Assembly (NCBI RefSeq): GCF_009914755.1
Contig: NC_060927.1
Source: the human T2T-CHM13v2.0 reference genome, Homo sapiens
Length of the DNA: 64,000 nucleotides
Direction: 5' to 3' (one strand)
The number at the start of each line of letters is the position of its first letter. Position 1 is the first letter of the stretch. The notes beneath the pieces are model-generated. The model was not told the DNA's origin. It saw nothing but the letters and a program-made list of their open reading frames with translations, and ran no database searches. This document shows, piece after piece, positions 30,901 through 47,200 of this stretch. The translations under genes were made by a program, and so were the position numbers.

Positions 30901-31780
30901 ATATTTTATTCTGTACATAAAATATCAAAGTACACCAGATATATATTCTATAGTGTACATAAAATATCAAAGTACCCAAACTATACATTATATACTGTAC
31001 ATAAAATATGAAATTACATCAAATATATATTATATTAGGTACATAAAATACGAAAGTACATCAAATATAGATTATATACTGTACATAAAATATGAAAGTA
31101 CCCCAATATATATTATATACTCTACATGAAATATCAAAGTTCACAAACTATATATTATGTACTGTACATAAAATATCAAACTACCCAAGGTATATATTCT
31201 ATACTGTACAAAAAATATCAAAGTACCCAAAGCATGTATTATATAATGTACATAAAATATGAAAGTACATCAAATATATATTTTATTCTGTACATAAAAT
31301 ATCAAAGAACACCAGATATATATTCTATAGTGTACATAAAATATCAAAGTACCCAAACTATACATTATATACTGTACATAAAATATGAAATTACAGCAAA
31401 TATATATTATATTAGGTACATAAAATATGAAAGTACATCAAATATAGATTATATACTGTACATTAAATACCAAAGTACCCCAAATATATATTTTATACTG
31501 TACATGAAATATCAAAGTTCACAAACTATATATTATATACTGTACATAAAATATCAATGTACCCAAGGTATATATTCTATACTGCACAAAAAATATCAAA
31601 GTACCCAAAGCATGTATTATATACTGTATATAAAATATGAAAGTACATCAAATATATATTTTATTCTGTACATAAAATATCAAAGTACACCAGATATATA
31701 TTCTATAGTGTACATAAAATATCAAAGTACCCAAACTATACATTATATACTGTACATAAAATATGAAATTACATCAAATA
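12950..31780 (+). repeat. Diverged, shuffled HSat1A sub-domain between homogeneous super-repeat copies
   Basis: It contains the same segments as the super-repeat in a different order (offsets 14782, 11771, 10320, 15407, 14446 to copy A), with private substitutions and its own local duplications. Confidence 0.7.
28440..31716 (+). repeat. Near-tandem duplication, 1716-bp period
   Basis: ORFs 28571/30287 and 29410/31126 are offset by 1716 bp (41x42-6). Both copies share an extra TATGTACTG variant at ~28685 and ~30401. Confidence 0.8.
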
Positions 31781-31876
31781 TATATTAGGTACATAAAATA
31801 TGAAAGTACATCAAATATAGATTATATACTGTACATATAATATCAATGTACCCCAAATATATATTTTATACTCTAC

Positions 31877-34800
31877 ATGAAATATCAAAGTTCACAAACC
31901 ATACATTATATACTGTACATAAAATATCAAAGTACCCAAGTTATATATTCTATACTGTACAAAAGATATCAAAGTACCCAAAGCATGTATTATATACTGT
32001 ATATAAAATATGAAAGTACATCAAATATATATTATATACTGTACATAAAATATCAAAGTACACCAGATATATATTTTATAGTGTTCATAAAATATCAAAG
32101 TACCCAAACTATACATTATATACTGAACATAAAATATGAGATTACATCAAATATATATTATATTAGGTACATAAAATATGAAAGTACATCAGATATAGAT
32201 TATATACTGTACATACAATATCAAAGTACCCCAAATATATATTATATACTCTACATGAAATATCAAAGTTCACAAACTATATATTATATACTGTACATAA
32301 AATATCAAAGTACCCAAGGTATATATTCTATACTGTACAAAAAATATCAAAATACCCAAAGCATGTATTATATACTGTATATAAAATATGAAAATACATT
32401 AAATATATATTTTTTCTGTACATAAAATATCAAAGTACACCAGATATATATTCTATAGTGTACATAAAATAACAAAGTACACAAACTATAAATTATATAC
32501 TGTACGTAAAATATGAAATTACATCAAATATATATTAGGTACATAAAATATGAAAGTACATCAAATATAGATTATATACTGTACATATAATATCAGTGTA
32601 CCCCAAATATATATTTTATACTCTACCTGAAATATCAAAGTTCACAAACCATACATTATATACTTTCCATAAAATATCAAAGTACCCATGGCATATATTC
32701 TATACTGTACAAAAGATATCAAAGTACCCAAAGCATGTATTATATACTGTACATAAAATATGAAAGTACATCAAATATATATTTTATTCTGTACATAAAA
32801 TATCAAAGTACACCAGATATATATTCTATAGTGTACATAAAATATCAAAGTACCCAAACTATATATTATATACTGTACATAAAATATGAAATTACATCAA
32901 ATATGTATTATATTAGGTACATAAAATATGAAAGTACATCAAATATAGATTATATACCGTACATAAAATATCAAAGTACCCCAAATATATATTATATACT
33001 ATACATGAAATATCAAATATCACAAACTATATATTATATACTGTACATAAAATATCAAAGTACCCAATGTATATATTCTATAGTGTACAAAAAATATCAA
33101 AGTACCCAAAGCATGTATTATATACTGTACATAAAATATAAAAGTACATCAAATATATATTTTATTCTGTACATAAAATATGAAAGTACACCAGATATAT
33201 ATTCTATAGTGTACATAAAATATCAAAGTACCCAAACTATACATTATATACGGTACATAAAATATGAAATTACATCAAATATATATTATATTAGGTACTT
33301 AAAATATGAAAGTACATCAAATATAGATTATATACTGTACATAAAATATGAAAGTACCCCAAATATATATTATATACTCTACATGAAATATCAAAGTTCA
33401 CAACTATATATTATATACTGTAGATAAAATATCAAAGTCCCCAAGGTATATATTCTATACTGTACAAAAAATATCAAAGTACACAAAGCATGTATTATAT
33501 ACTGTACATAAAATATGAAATTACATCAAATATATATTATATTAGGTACATAAAATATGAAAGTACATCAAATATAGATTATATACTGTACATAAAATAT
33601 CAAAGTACCCCAAATATATATTATATACTGTACATGTAATATCAAAGTTCACAACTATATATTACATACTGTACATAAAATATCAAAGTACCCAAGGTAT
33701 ATATTCTATACTGTACAAAAAATATCAAAGTACCCAAAGCATGTATTATATACTGTACATAAAATATGAAAGTACATCAAATATATATTTTATTCTGTAC
33801 ATAAAATATCAAAGTACACCAGATATATATTCTATAGTGTATATAAAATATCAAAGTACCCAAACTATACATTATATACTGTACATAAAATATGAAATTA
33901 CATCAAATATATATTATATTGGGTACATAAAATATGAAAGTACATGAAGTATAGATTATATACTGTACATAAAATATCAAAGTACCCCAAATTTATATTA
34001 TATACTATACATGAAATATCAAAGTTCACAAACTATATATTATATACTGTACATAAAATATCAAAGTACCCAAGGTATATATTCTATAGTGTACAAAAAA
34101 TATCAAAGTACCCAAAGCATGTATTATATACCGTACATAAAATATAAAATTACATCAAATATATATTTTATTCTGTACATAAAATATCAAAGTACACCAG
34201 ATATATATTCTATAGAGTACATAAAATATCAAAGTACCCAAACTATACATTACATACTGTACATAAAATATGAAATTACATCAAATATATATTATAATAG
34301 GTACATAAAATATGAAAGTACATGAAATATAGATTATATACTGTACATTAAATACGAAAGTACCCCAAATATATATTTTGTACTGTACATGAAATATCAA
34401 AGTACCCAAGGTATATATTCTATACTGTACAAAAAATATCAAAGTACCCAAAGCATGTATTACAAACTGTACATAAAATATGAAAGTCCATCAAATAAAT
34501 ATTTTATTCTGTACATAAAATATCAAAGTACACCAGATATATATTCTATAGTGTACATAAAATATCAAAGTACCCAAACTATACATTATATACTGTACAT
34601 AAAATATGAAATTACATCAAATATATATTATATTAGGTACATAAAATATGAAAGTACATCAAATATAGATTATATACTGTACATTAAGTACCAAAGTACC
34701 CCAAATATATATTTTATACTGTACATGAAATATCAAAGTTCACAAACTATATATTATATACTGTACATAAAATATCAAAGTACCCAAGGTATATATTCTA

Positions 34801-37800
34801 TACTGTACAAAAAATATCAAAGTATCCAAAGCATGTATTATATACTGTATATAAAATATGAAAGTACATCAAATATATATTTTATTCTGTACATAAAATA
34901 TCAAAGTACACCAGATATATATTCTATAGTGTACATAAAATATCAAAGTACCCAAACTATACATTATATACTGTACATAAAATATGAAATTACAGCAAAT
35001 ATATATTATATTAGGTACATAAAATATGAAAGTACATCAAATATAGATTATATACTCTACATTAAATACCAAAGTACCCCAAATATATATTTTATACTGT
35101 ACATGAAATATCAAAGTTCACAAACTATATATTATATACTGTACATAAAATATCAATGTACCCAAGGTATATATTCTATACTGCACAAAAAATATCAAAG
35201 TACCCAAAGCATGTATTATATACTGTATATAAAATATGAAAGTACATCAAATATATATTTTATTCTGTACATAAAATATCAAAGTACACCAGATATATAT
35301 TCTATAGTGTACATAAAATATCAAAGTACCCAAACTATACATTATATACTGTACATAAAATATGAAATTACATCAAATATATATTATATTAGGAACATAA
35401 AATACGAAAGTACATCAAATATAGATTATATACTGTACATAAAATATGAAAGTACCCCAATATATATTATATACTCTACATGAAATATCAAAGTTCACAA
35501 ACTATATATTATGTACTGTACATAAAATATCAAACTACCCAAGGTATATATTCTATACTGTACAAAAAATATCAAAGTACCCAAAGCATGTATTATATAA
35601 TGTACATAAAATATGAAAGTACATCAAATATATATTTTATTCTGTACATAAAATATCAAAGAACACCAGATATATATTCTATAGTGTACATAAAATATCA
35701 AAGTACCCAAACTATACATTATATACTGTACATAAAATATGAAATTACATCATATATATATTAGGTACATAAAATATGAAAGTACATCAAATATATATTT
35801 TATTCTGTACATAAAATATCAAAGTACACCAGATATATATTCTATAGTGTACATAAAATAACAAAGTACACAAACTATAAAATATATACTGTACATAAAA
35901 TATGAAATTACATCAAATATATATTAGGTACATAAAATATGAAAGTACATCAAATATAGATTATATACTGTACATATAATATCAATGTACCCGAAATATA
36001 TATTTTATACTCTACATGAAATATCAAAGTTCACAAACCATATATTGTATACTGCACATAAAATATCAAAATACACAAGGTATATATTCTATACTGTACA
36101 AAAAATATCAAAGTACCCAAAGCAGGTATTATATACTGTATATAAAATATGAAAGTACATCAAATATATATTTTATTCTGTACATAAAATATCAAAGTAC
36201 ACCAGATATATATTCTATAGTGTACATAAAATATCAAGGTACCCAAACTATATATTATATACTGTACATAAAATATGAAATTACAGCAAATATATATTAT
36301 ATTAGGTACATAAAATATGAAAGTACATCAAATATAGATTATATACTGTACATTAAATACCAAAGTACCCCAAATATATATTTTATACTGTACATGAAAT
36401 ATCAAAGTTCACAAACTATATATTATATACTGTACATAAAATATCAATGTACCCAAGGTATATATTCTATACTGCACAAAAAATATCAAAGTACCCAAAG
36501 CATGTATTATATACTGTATATAAAATATGAAAGTACATCAAATATATATTTTATTCTGTACATAAAATGTCAAAGTACACCAGATATATATTCTATAGTG
36601 TACATAAAATATCAAAGTACCCAAACTATACATTATATACTGTACATAAAATATGAAATTACATCAAATATATATTAAGTACATAAAATATGAAAGTACA
36701 TCAAATATAGATTATATAGTGTACATAAAATATCAATGTACACCAAATATATATTATATACTCTACATGAAATATCAAAGTTCACAAACTATATATTATA
36801 TACTGTCCATAAAATATCAAAGTACCCAAGGTATATATTTTATACTGTACAAAAAATATCAAAGTACCCAAAGCATGTATTATACACTATACCTAAAATA
36901 TGAAAGTACATCAAATATATATTTTATTCTGTACATAAAATATCAAAGTACACCAGATATATATTCTACAGTGTATATAAAATATCAAAGTACCCAAACT
37001 ATACATTATATACTGTACATAAAATATGAAATTACATCAAATATATATTTTATTCTGTACATAAAATGTCAAAGTACACCAGATATATATTCTATAGTGT
37101 ACATAAAATATCAAAGTACCCAAACTATACATTATATACTGTACATAAAATATGAAATTACATCAAATATATATTAAGTACATAAAATATGAAAGTACAT
37201 CAAATATAGATTATATAGTGTACATAAAATATCAATGTACACCAAATATATATTATATACTCTACATGAAATATCAAAGTTCACAAACTATATATTATAT
37301 ACTGTCCATAAAATATCAAAGTACCCAAGGTATATATTTTATACTGTACAAAAAATATCAAAGTACCCAAAGCATGTATTATATACTATACCTAAAATAT
37401 GAAAGTACATCAAATATATATTTTATTCTGTACATAAAATATCAAAGTACACCAGATATATATTCTACAGTGTATATAAAATATCAAAGTACCCAAACTA
37501 TACATTATATACTGTACATAAAATATGAAATTACATCAAATATATATTATATTAGGTACATAAAATATGAAAGTACATGAAGTATAGATTATATACTGTA
37601 CATAAAATATCAAAGTAACCCAAATTTATATTATATACGATACATGAAATATCAAAGTTCACAAACTATATATTATATACTGTACATAAAATATCAAAGT
37701 ACCCAAGGTATATATTCTATAGTGTACAAAAAATATCAAAGTACCCAAAGCATGTATTATATACCGTACGTAAAATATAAAATTACATCAAATATATATT

Positions 37801-40800
37801 TTATTCTGTACATAAAATATCAAAGTACACCAGATATATATACTATAGTGTACATAAAATATCAAAGTACCCAAACTATACATTATACACTGCACATAAA
37901 ATATGAAATTACATCAAATATATATTAGGTACATAAAATATGAAAGTACTTCAAATATAGATTATATACTGTAAATATAATATCAATGTACCCCAAATAT
38001 ATATTTTATACTCTACATGAAATATCAAAGTTCACAAACCATATATTATATACTGTAAATAAAATATCAAAGTACCCAAGGTATATATTCTATACTGTAC
38101 AAAAAATATCAAAGTACCCAAAGCATGTATTATATACTGTACATAAAATATGAAAGTACATCAAATATATATTTTATTCTGTACATAAAATATCAAAGTA
38201 CACCAGATATATATTCTATAGTGTACATAAAATAACAAAGTACACAAACTATAAATTATATCCTGTACATAAAATATGAAATTACATCAAATATATATTA
38301 GGTACATAAAATATGAAAGTACATCAAATATAGATTATATACTGTACATTAAGTACCAAAGTACACCAAATATATATTTTATTCTGTACATAAAATATCA
38401 AAGTACACCAGATATATATTCTATAGTGTACATAAAATATCAAAGTACCCAAACTATACATTATATACTGTACATAAAATATGAAATTACAGCAAATATA
38501 TATTATATTAGGTACATGAAATATGAAAGTACATCAAATATAGATTATATACTGTACATAAAATATGAAAGTACCCCAAATATATATTATATACTCTACA
38601 TGAAATATCAAAGTTCACAAACTATATATTATATACTGTACATAAAATATCAAAGTACCCAAGGTATATATTCTATACTGTACAAAAAATATCAAAGTAT
38701 CCAAAGCATGTATTATATACTGTATATAAAATATGAAAGTACATCAAATATATATTTTATTCTGTACATAAAATATCAAAGTACACCAGATATATATTCT
38801 ATAGTGTACATAAAATATCAAAGTACCCAAACTATACATTATATACTGTACATAAAATATGAAATTACAGCAAATATATATTATATTAGGTACATAAAAT
38901 ATGAAAGTACATCAAATATAGATTATATACTGTACATTAAATACCAAAGTACCCCAAATATATATTTTATACTGTACATGAAATATCAAAGTTCACAAAC
39001 TATATATTATATACTGTACATAAAATATCAATGTACCCAAGGTATATATTCTATACTGCACAAAAAATATCAAAGTACCCAAAGCATGTATTATATACTG
39101 TATATAAAATATGAAAGTACATCAAATATATATTTTATTCTGTACATAAAATATCAAAGTACACCAGATATATATTCTATAGTGTACATAAAATATCAAA
39201 GTACCCAAACTATACATTATATACTGTACATAAAATATGAAATTACATCAAATATATATTAGGTACATAAAATATGAAAGTACATCAAATATAGATTATA
39301 TACTGTACATTAAGTACCAAAGTACACCAAATATATATTTTATTCTGTACATAAAATATCAAAGTACACCAGATATATATTCTATAGTGTACATAAAATA
39401 TCAAAGTACCCAAACTATACATTATATACTGTACATAAAATATGAAATTACATCAAATATATATTATATTAGGTAAATGAAATATGAAAGTACATCAAAT
39501 ATAGATTATATACTGTACATAAAATATGAAAGTACCCCAAATATATATTATATACTCTACATGAAATATCAAAGTTCACAAACTATATATTATATACTGT
39601 ACATAAAATATCAAAGTACCCAAGGTATATATTCTATACTGTACAAAAAATATCAAAGTATCCAAAGCATGTATTATATACTGTATATAAAATATGAAAG
39701 TACATCAAATATATATTTTATTCTGTACATAAAATATCAAAGTACACCAGATATATATTCTATAGTGTACATAAAATATCAAAGTACCCAAACTATACAT
39801 TATATACTGTACATAAAATATGAAATTACAGCAAATATATATTATATTAGGTACATAAAATATGAAAGTACATCAAATATAGATTATATACTCTACATTA
39901 AATACCAAAGTACCCCAAATATATATTTTATACTGTACATGAAATATCAAAGTTCACAAACTATATATTATATACTGTACATAAAATATCAATGTACCCA
40001 AGGTATATATTCTATACTGCACAAAAAATATCAAAGTACCCAAAGCATGTATTATATACTGTATATAAAATATGAAAGTACATCAAATATATATTTTATT
40101 CTGTACATAAAATATCAAAGTACACCAGATATATATTCTATAGTGTACATAAAATATCAAAGTACCCAAACTATACATTATATACTGTACATAAAATATG
40201 AAATTACATCAAATATATATTATATTAGGTACATAAAATACGAAAGTACATCAAATATAGATTATATACTGTACATAAAATATGAAAGTACCCCAATATA
40301 TATTATATACTCTACATGAAATATCAAAGTTCACAAACTATATATTATGTACTGTACATAAAATATCAAACTACCCAAGGTATATATTCTATACTGTACA
40401 AAAAATATCAAAGTACCCAAAGCATGTATTATATAATGTAAATAAAATATGAAAGTACATCAAATATATATTTTATTCTGTACATAAAATATCAAAGAAC
40501 ACCAGATATATATTCTATAGTGTACATAAAATATCAAAGTACCCAAACTATACATTATATACTGTACATAAAATATGAAATTACATCATATATATATTAG
40601 GTACATAAAATATGAAAGTACATCAAATATATATTTTATTCTGTACATAAAATATCAAAGTACACCAGATATATATTCTATAGTGTACATAAAATAACAA
40701 AGTACACAAACTATAAAATATATACTGTACATAAAATATGAAATTACATCAAATATATATTAGGTACATAAAATATGAAAGTACATCAAATATAGATTAT

Positions 40801-43800
40801 ATACTGTACATATAATATCAATGTACCCGAAATATATATTTTATACTCTACATGAAATATCAAAGTTCACAAACCATATATTGTATACTGCACATAAAAT
40901 ATCAAAATACACAAGGTATATATTCTATACTGTACAAAAAATATCAAAGTACCCAAAGCAGGTATTATATACTGTATATAAAATATGAAAGTACATCAAA
41001 TATATATTTTATTCTGTACATAAAATATCAAAGTACACCAGATATATATTCTATAGTGTACATAAAATATCAAGGTACCCAAACTATATATTATATACTG
41101 TACATAAAATATGAAATTACAGCAAATATATATTATATTAGGTACATAAAATATGAAAGTACATCAAATATAGATTATATACTGTACATTAAATACCAAA
41201 GTACCCCAAATATATATTTTATACTGTACATGAAATATCAAAGTTCACAAACTATATATTATATACTGTACATAAAATATCAATGTACCCAAGGTATATA
41301 TTCTATACTGCACAAAAAATATCAAAGTACCCAAAGCATGTATTATATACTGTATATAAAATATGAAAGTACATCAAATATATATTTTATTCTGTACATA
41401 AAATATCAAAGTACACCAGATATATATTCTATAGTGTACATAAAATATCAAAGTACCCAAACTATACATTATATACTGTACATAAATATGAAATTACATC
41501 AAATATATATTATATTAGGTACATAAAATATGAAAGTACATGAAGTATAGATTATATACTGTAGATAAAATATCAAAGTACCCCAAATTTATATTATATA
41601 CTATACATGAAATATCAAAGTTCACAAACTATATATTATATACTGTTCATAAAATATCAAAGTACCCAAGGTATATATTCTATAGTGTACAAAAAATATC
41701 AAAGTACCCAAAGCATGTATTATATACCGTACATAAAATATAAAATTACATCAAATATATATTTTATTCTGTACATAAAATATCAAAATACACCAGATAT
41801 ATATACTATAGTGTACATAAAATATCAAAGTACCCAAACTATACATTATACACTGTACATAAAATATGAAATTACATCAAATATATATTAGGTACATAAA
41901 ATATGAAAGTACATCAAATATAGATTATATACTGTAAATATTATATCAATGTACCCCAAATATATATTTTATACTCTACATGAAATATCAAAGTTCACAA
42001 ACCATATATTATATACTGTACATAAAATATCAAAGTACCCAAGGTATATATTCTATACTGAACAAAAAATATCAAAGTACCCAAAGCATGTATTATATAC
42101 TGTACATAAAATATGAAAGTACATCAAATATATATTTTATTCTGTACATAAAATATCAAAGTACACCAGATATATATTCTATAGTGTACATAAAATATCA
42201 AAGTACCCAAACTATACATTATATACTGTACATAAAATATGAAATTACATCAAATATATATTATATTTGGTACATGAAATATGAAAGTACATCAAATATA
42301 GATTATATACTGTACATAAAATATGAAAGTACCCCAAATATATATTATATACTCTACATGAAATATCAAAGTTCACAAACTATATATTATATACTGTACA
42401 TAAAATATCAAAGTACCCAAGGTATATATTCTATACTGTACAAAAAATATCAAAGTATCCAAAGCATGTATTATATACTGTATATAAAATATGAAAGTAC
42501 ATGAAATATATATTTTATTCCGTACATAAAATATCAAAGTACACCAGATATATATTCTATAGTGTACATAAAATATCAAAGTACCCAAACTATACATTAT
42601 ATACTGTACATAAAATATGAAATTACAGCAAATATATATTATATTAGGTACATAAAATATGAAAGTACATCAAATATAGATTATATACTGTACATTAAAT
42701 ACCAAAGTACCCCAAATATATATTTTATACTGTACATGAAATATCAAAGTTCACAAACTATATATTATATACTGTACATAAAATATCAATGTACACAAGG
42801 TATATATTCTATACTGCACAAAAAATATCAAAGTACCCAAAGCATGTATTATATACTGTATATAAAATATGAAAGTACATCAAATATATATTTTATTCTG
42901 TACATAAAATATCAAAGTACACCAGATATATATTCTATAGTGTACATAAAATAACAAAGTACACAAACTATAAATTATATCCTGTACATAAAATATGAAA
43001 TTACATCAAATATATATTAGGTACATAAATTATGAAAGTACATCAAATATAGATTATATACTGTACATTAAGTACCAAAGTACACCAAATATATATTTTA
43101 TACTCTACATGAAATATCAAAGTTCACAAACCATATATTATATACTGTGCATAAAATATCAAAGTACCCAAGGTATATATTCTATACTGTACAAAAAATA
43201 TCAAAGTACCCAAAGCATGTATTATATACTATACATAAAATATGAAATTACATCAAATATATATTTTATTCTGTACATAAAATATCAAAGTACACCAGAT
43301 ATATATTCTATAGTGTACATAAAATATCAAAGTACCCAAACTATACATTATATACTGTACATAAAATGTGAAATTACATAAAATATATATTATATTAGGT
43401 ACATAAAATATGAAAGTACATCAAATATAGATTATATACTGTACATTAAATACCAATATACCCCAAATATATATTTTATACTGTACATGAAATATCAAAG
43501 TTCACACACTATATATTATATACTGTACATAAAATATCAAAGTACCCAAGGTATATATTCTATACTGTACAAAAAACATCAAAGTACCCAAAGCATGTAT
43601 TATATACTGTACATAAAATATGAAAGTACATCAAATATATATTTTATTCTGTACATAAAATATCAAAGTACACCAGATATATATTCTATAGTGTACATAA
43701 AATAACAAAGTACCCAAACTATACATTATATACTGTACATAAAATATGAAATTACATCAAATATATATTATATTAGGTACATAAAATAAGAAAGTACATC

Positions 43801-44237
43801 AAATATAGATTATATACTGTACATAAAATATCAAAGTACCCCAAATATATATTATATACTCTACATGAAATATCAAAGTTCACAAACTATATATTATATA
43901 CTGTACATAAAATATCAAAGTACCCAAGGTATATATTCTATACTGTACAAAAAATATCAAAGTATCCAAAGCATGATTTATATACTGTATATAAAATATG
44001 AAAGTACATTAAAGATATATTTTATTCTGTACATAAAATATCAAAATACACCAGATATATATTCTATAGTGTACATAAAATAACAAAGTACACAAACTAT
44101 AAATTATATACTGTACATAAAATATGAAATTACATCAAATATATATTAGGTACATAAAATATGAAAGTACATCAAATATAGATTATATACTGTACATATA
44201 ATATCAATGTACCCCAAATATATATTTTATACTCTAC
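31877..44237 (+). repeat. Super-repeat copy B (12,361 bp)
   Basis: Identical-length barcode ORFs recur at a 12,361 offset (31877/44238, 32735/45096, 34389/46750, 35480/47841). Confidence 0.9.
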
Positions 44238-47200
44238 ATGAAATATCAAAGTTCACAAACCATACATTATATACTGTACATAAAATATCAAAGTACCCAA
44301 GTTATATATTCTATACTGTACAAAAGATATCAAAGTACCCAAAGCATGTATTATATACTGTATATAAAATATGAAAGTACATCAAATATATATTATATAC
44401 TGTACATAAAATATCAAAGTACACCAGATATATATTTTATAGTGTTCATAAAATATCAAAGTACCCAAACTATACATTATATACTGAACATAAAATATGA
44501 GATTACATCAAATATATATTATATTAGGTACATAAAATATGAAAGTACATCAGATATAGATTATATACTGTACATACAATATCAAAGTACCCCAAATATA
44601 TATTATATACTCTACATGAAATATCAAAGTTCACAAACTATATATTATATACTGTACATAAAATATCAAAGTACCCAAGGTATATATTCTATACTGTACA
44701 AAAAATATCAAAATACCCAAAGCATGTATTATATACTGTATATAAAATATGAAAATACATTAAATATATATTTTTTCTGTACATAAAATATCAAAGTACA
44801 CCAGATATATATTCTATAGTGTACATAAAATAACAAAGTACACAAACTATAAATTATATACTGTACATAAAATATGAAATTACATCAAATATATATTAGG
44901 TACATAAAATATGAAAGTACATCAAATATAGATTATATACTGTACATATAATATCAGTGTACCCCAAATATATATTTTATACTCTACCTGAAATATCAAA
45001 GTTCACAAACCATACATTATATACTTTCCATAAAATATCAAAGTACCCATGGCATATATTCTATACTGTACAAAAGATATCAAAGTACCCAAAGCATGTA
45101 TTATATACTGTACATAAAATATGAAAGTACATCAAATATATATTTTATTCTGTACATAAAATATCAAAGTACACCAGATATATATTCTATAGTGTACATA
45201 AAATATCAAAGTACCCAAACTATATATTATATACTGTACATAAAATATGAAATTACATCAAATATGTATTATATTAGGTACATAAAATATGAAAGTACAT
45301 CAAATATAGATTATATACCGTACATAAAATATCAAAGTACCCCAAATATATATTATATACTATACATGAAATATCAAATATCACAAACTATATATTATAT
45401 ACTGTACATAAAATATCAAAGTACCCAATGTATATATTCTATAGTGTACAAAAAATATCAAAGTACCCAAAGCATGTATTATATACTGTACATAAAATAT
45501 AAAAGTACATCAAATATATATTTTATTCTGTACATAAAATATGAAAGTACACCAGATATATATTCTATAGTGTACATAAAATATCAAAGTACCCAAACTA
45601 TACATTATATACGGTACATAAAATATGAAATTACATCAAATATATATTATATTAGGTACTTAAAATATGAAAGTACATCAAATATAGATTATATACTGTA
45701 CATAAAATATCAAAGTACCCCAAATATATATTATATACTGTACATGAAATATCAAAGTTCACAACTATATATTATATACTGTAGATAAAATATCAAAGTC
45801 CCCAAGGTATATATTCTATACTGTACAAAAAATATCAAAGTACACAAAGCATGTATTATATACTGTACATAAAATATGAAATTACATCAAATATATATTA
45901 TATTAGGTACATAAAATATGAAAGTACATCAAATATAGATTATATACTGTACATAAAATATCAAAGTACCCCAAATATATATTATATACTGTACATGTAA
46001 TATCAAAGTTCACAACTATATATTACATACTGTACATAAAATATCAAAGTACCCAAGGTATATATTCTATACTGTACAAAAAATATCAAAGTACCCAAAG
46101 CATGTATTATATACTGTACATAAAATATGAAAGTACATCAAATATATATTTTATTCTGTACATAAAATATCAAAGTACACCAGATATATATTCTATAGTG
46201 TATATAAAATATCAAAGTACCCAAACTATACATTATATACTGTACATAAAATATGAAATTACATCAAATATATATTATATTGGGTACATAAAATATGAAA
46301 GTACATGAAGTATAGATTATATACTGTACATAAAATATCAAAGTACCCCAAATTTATATTATATACTATACATGAAATATCAAAGTTCACAAACTATATA
46401 TTATATACTGTACATAAAATATCAAAGTACCCAAGGTATATATTCTATAGTGTACAAAAAATATCAAAGTACCCAAAGCATGTATTATATACCGTACATA
46501 AAATATAAAATTACATCAAATATATATTTTATTCTGTACATAAAATATCAAAGTACACCAGATATATATTCTATAGAGTACATAAAATATCAAAGTACCC
46601 AAACTATACATTACATACTGTACATAAAATATGAAATTACATCAAATATATATTATAATAGGTACATAAAATATGAAAGTACATGAAATATAGATTATAT
46701 ACTGTACATTAAATACGAAAGTACCCCAAATATATATTTTGTACTGTACATGAAATATCAAAGTACCCAAGGTATATATTCTATACTGTACAAAAAATAT
46801 CAAAGTACCCAAAGCATGTATTACAAACTGTACATAAAATATGAAAGTCCATCAAATAAATATTTTATTCTGTACATAAAATATCAAAGTACACCAGATA
46901 TATATTCTATAGTGTACATAAAATATCAAAGTACCCAAACTATACATTATATACTGTACATAAAATATGAAATTACATCAAATATATATTATATTAGGTA
47001 CATAAAATATGAAAGTACATCAAATATAGATTATATACTGTACATTAAGTACCAAAGTACCCCAAATATATATTTTATACTGTACATGAAATATCAAAGT
47101 TCACAAACTATATATTATATACTGTACATAAAATATCAAAGTACCCAAGGTATATATTCTATACTGTACAAAAAATATCAAAGTATCCAAAGCATGTATT

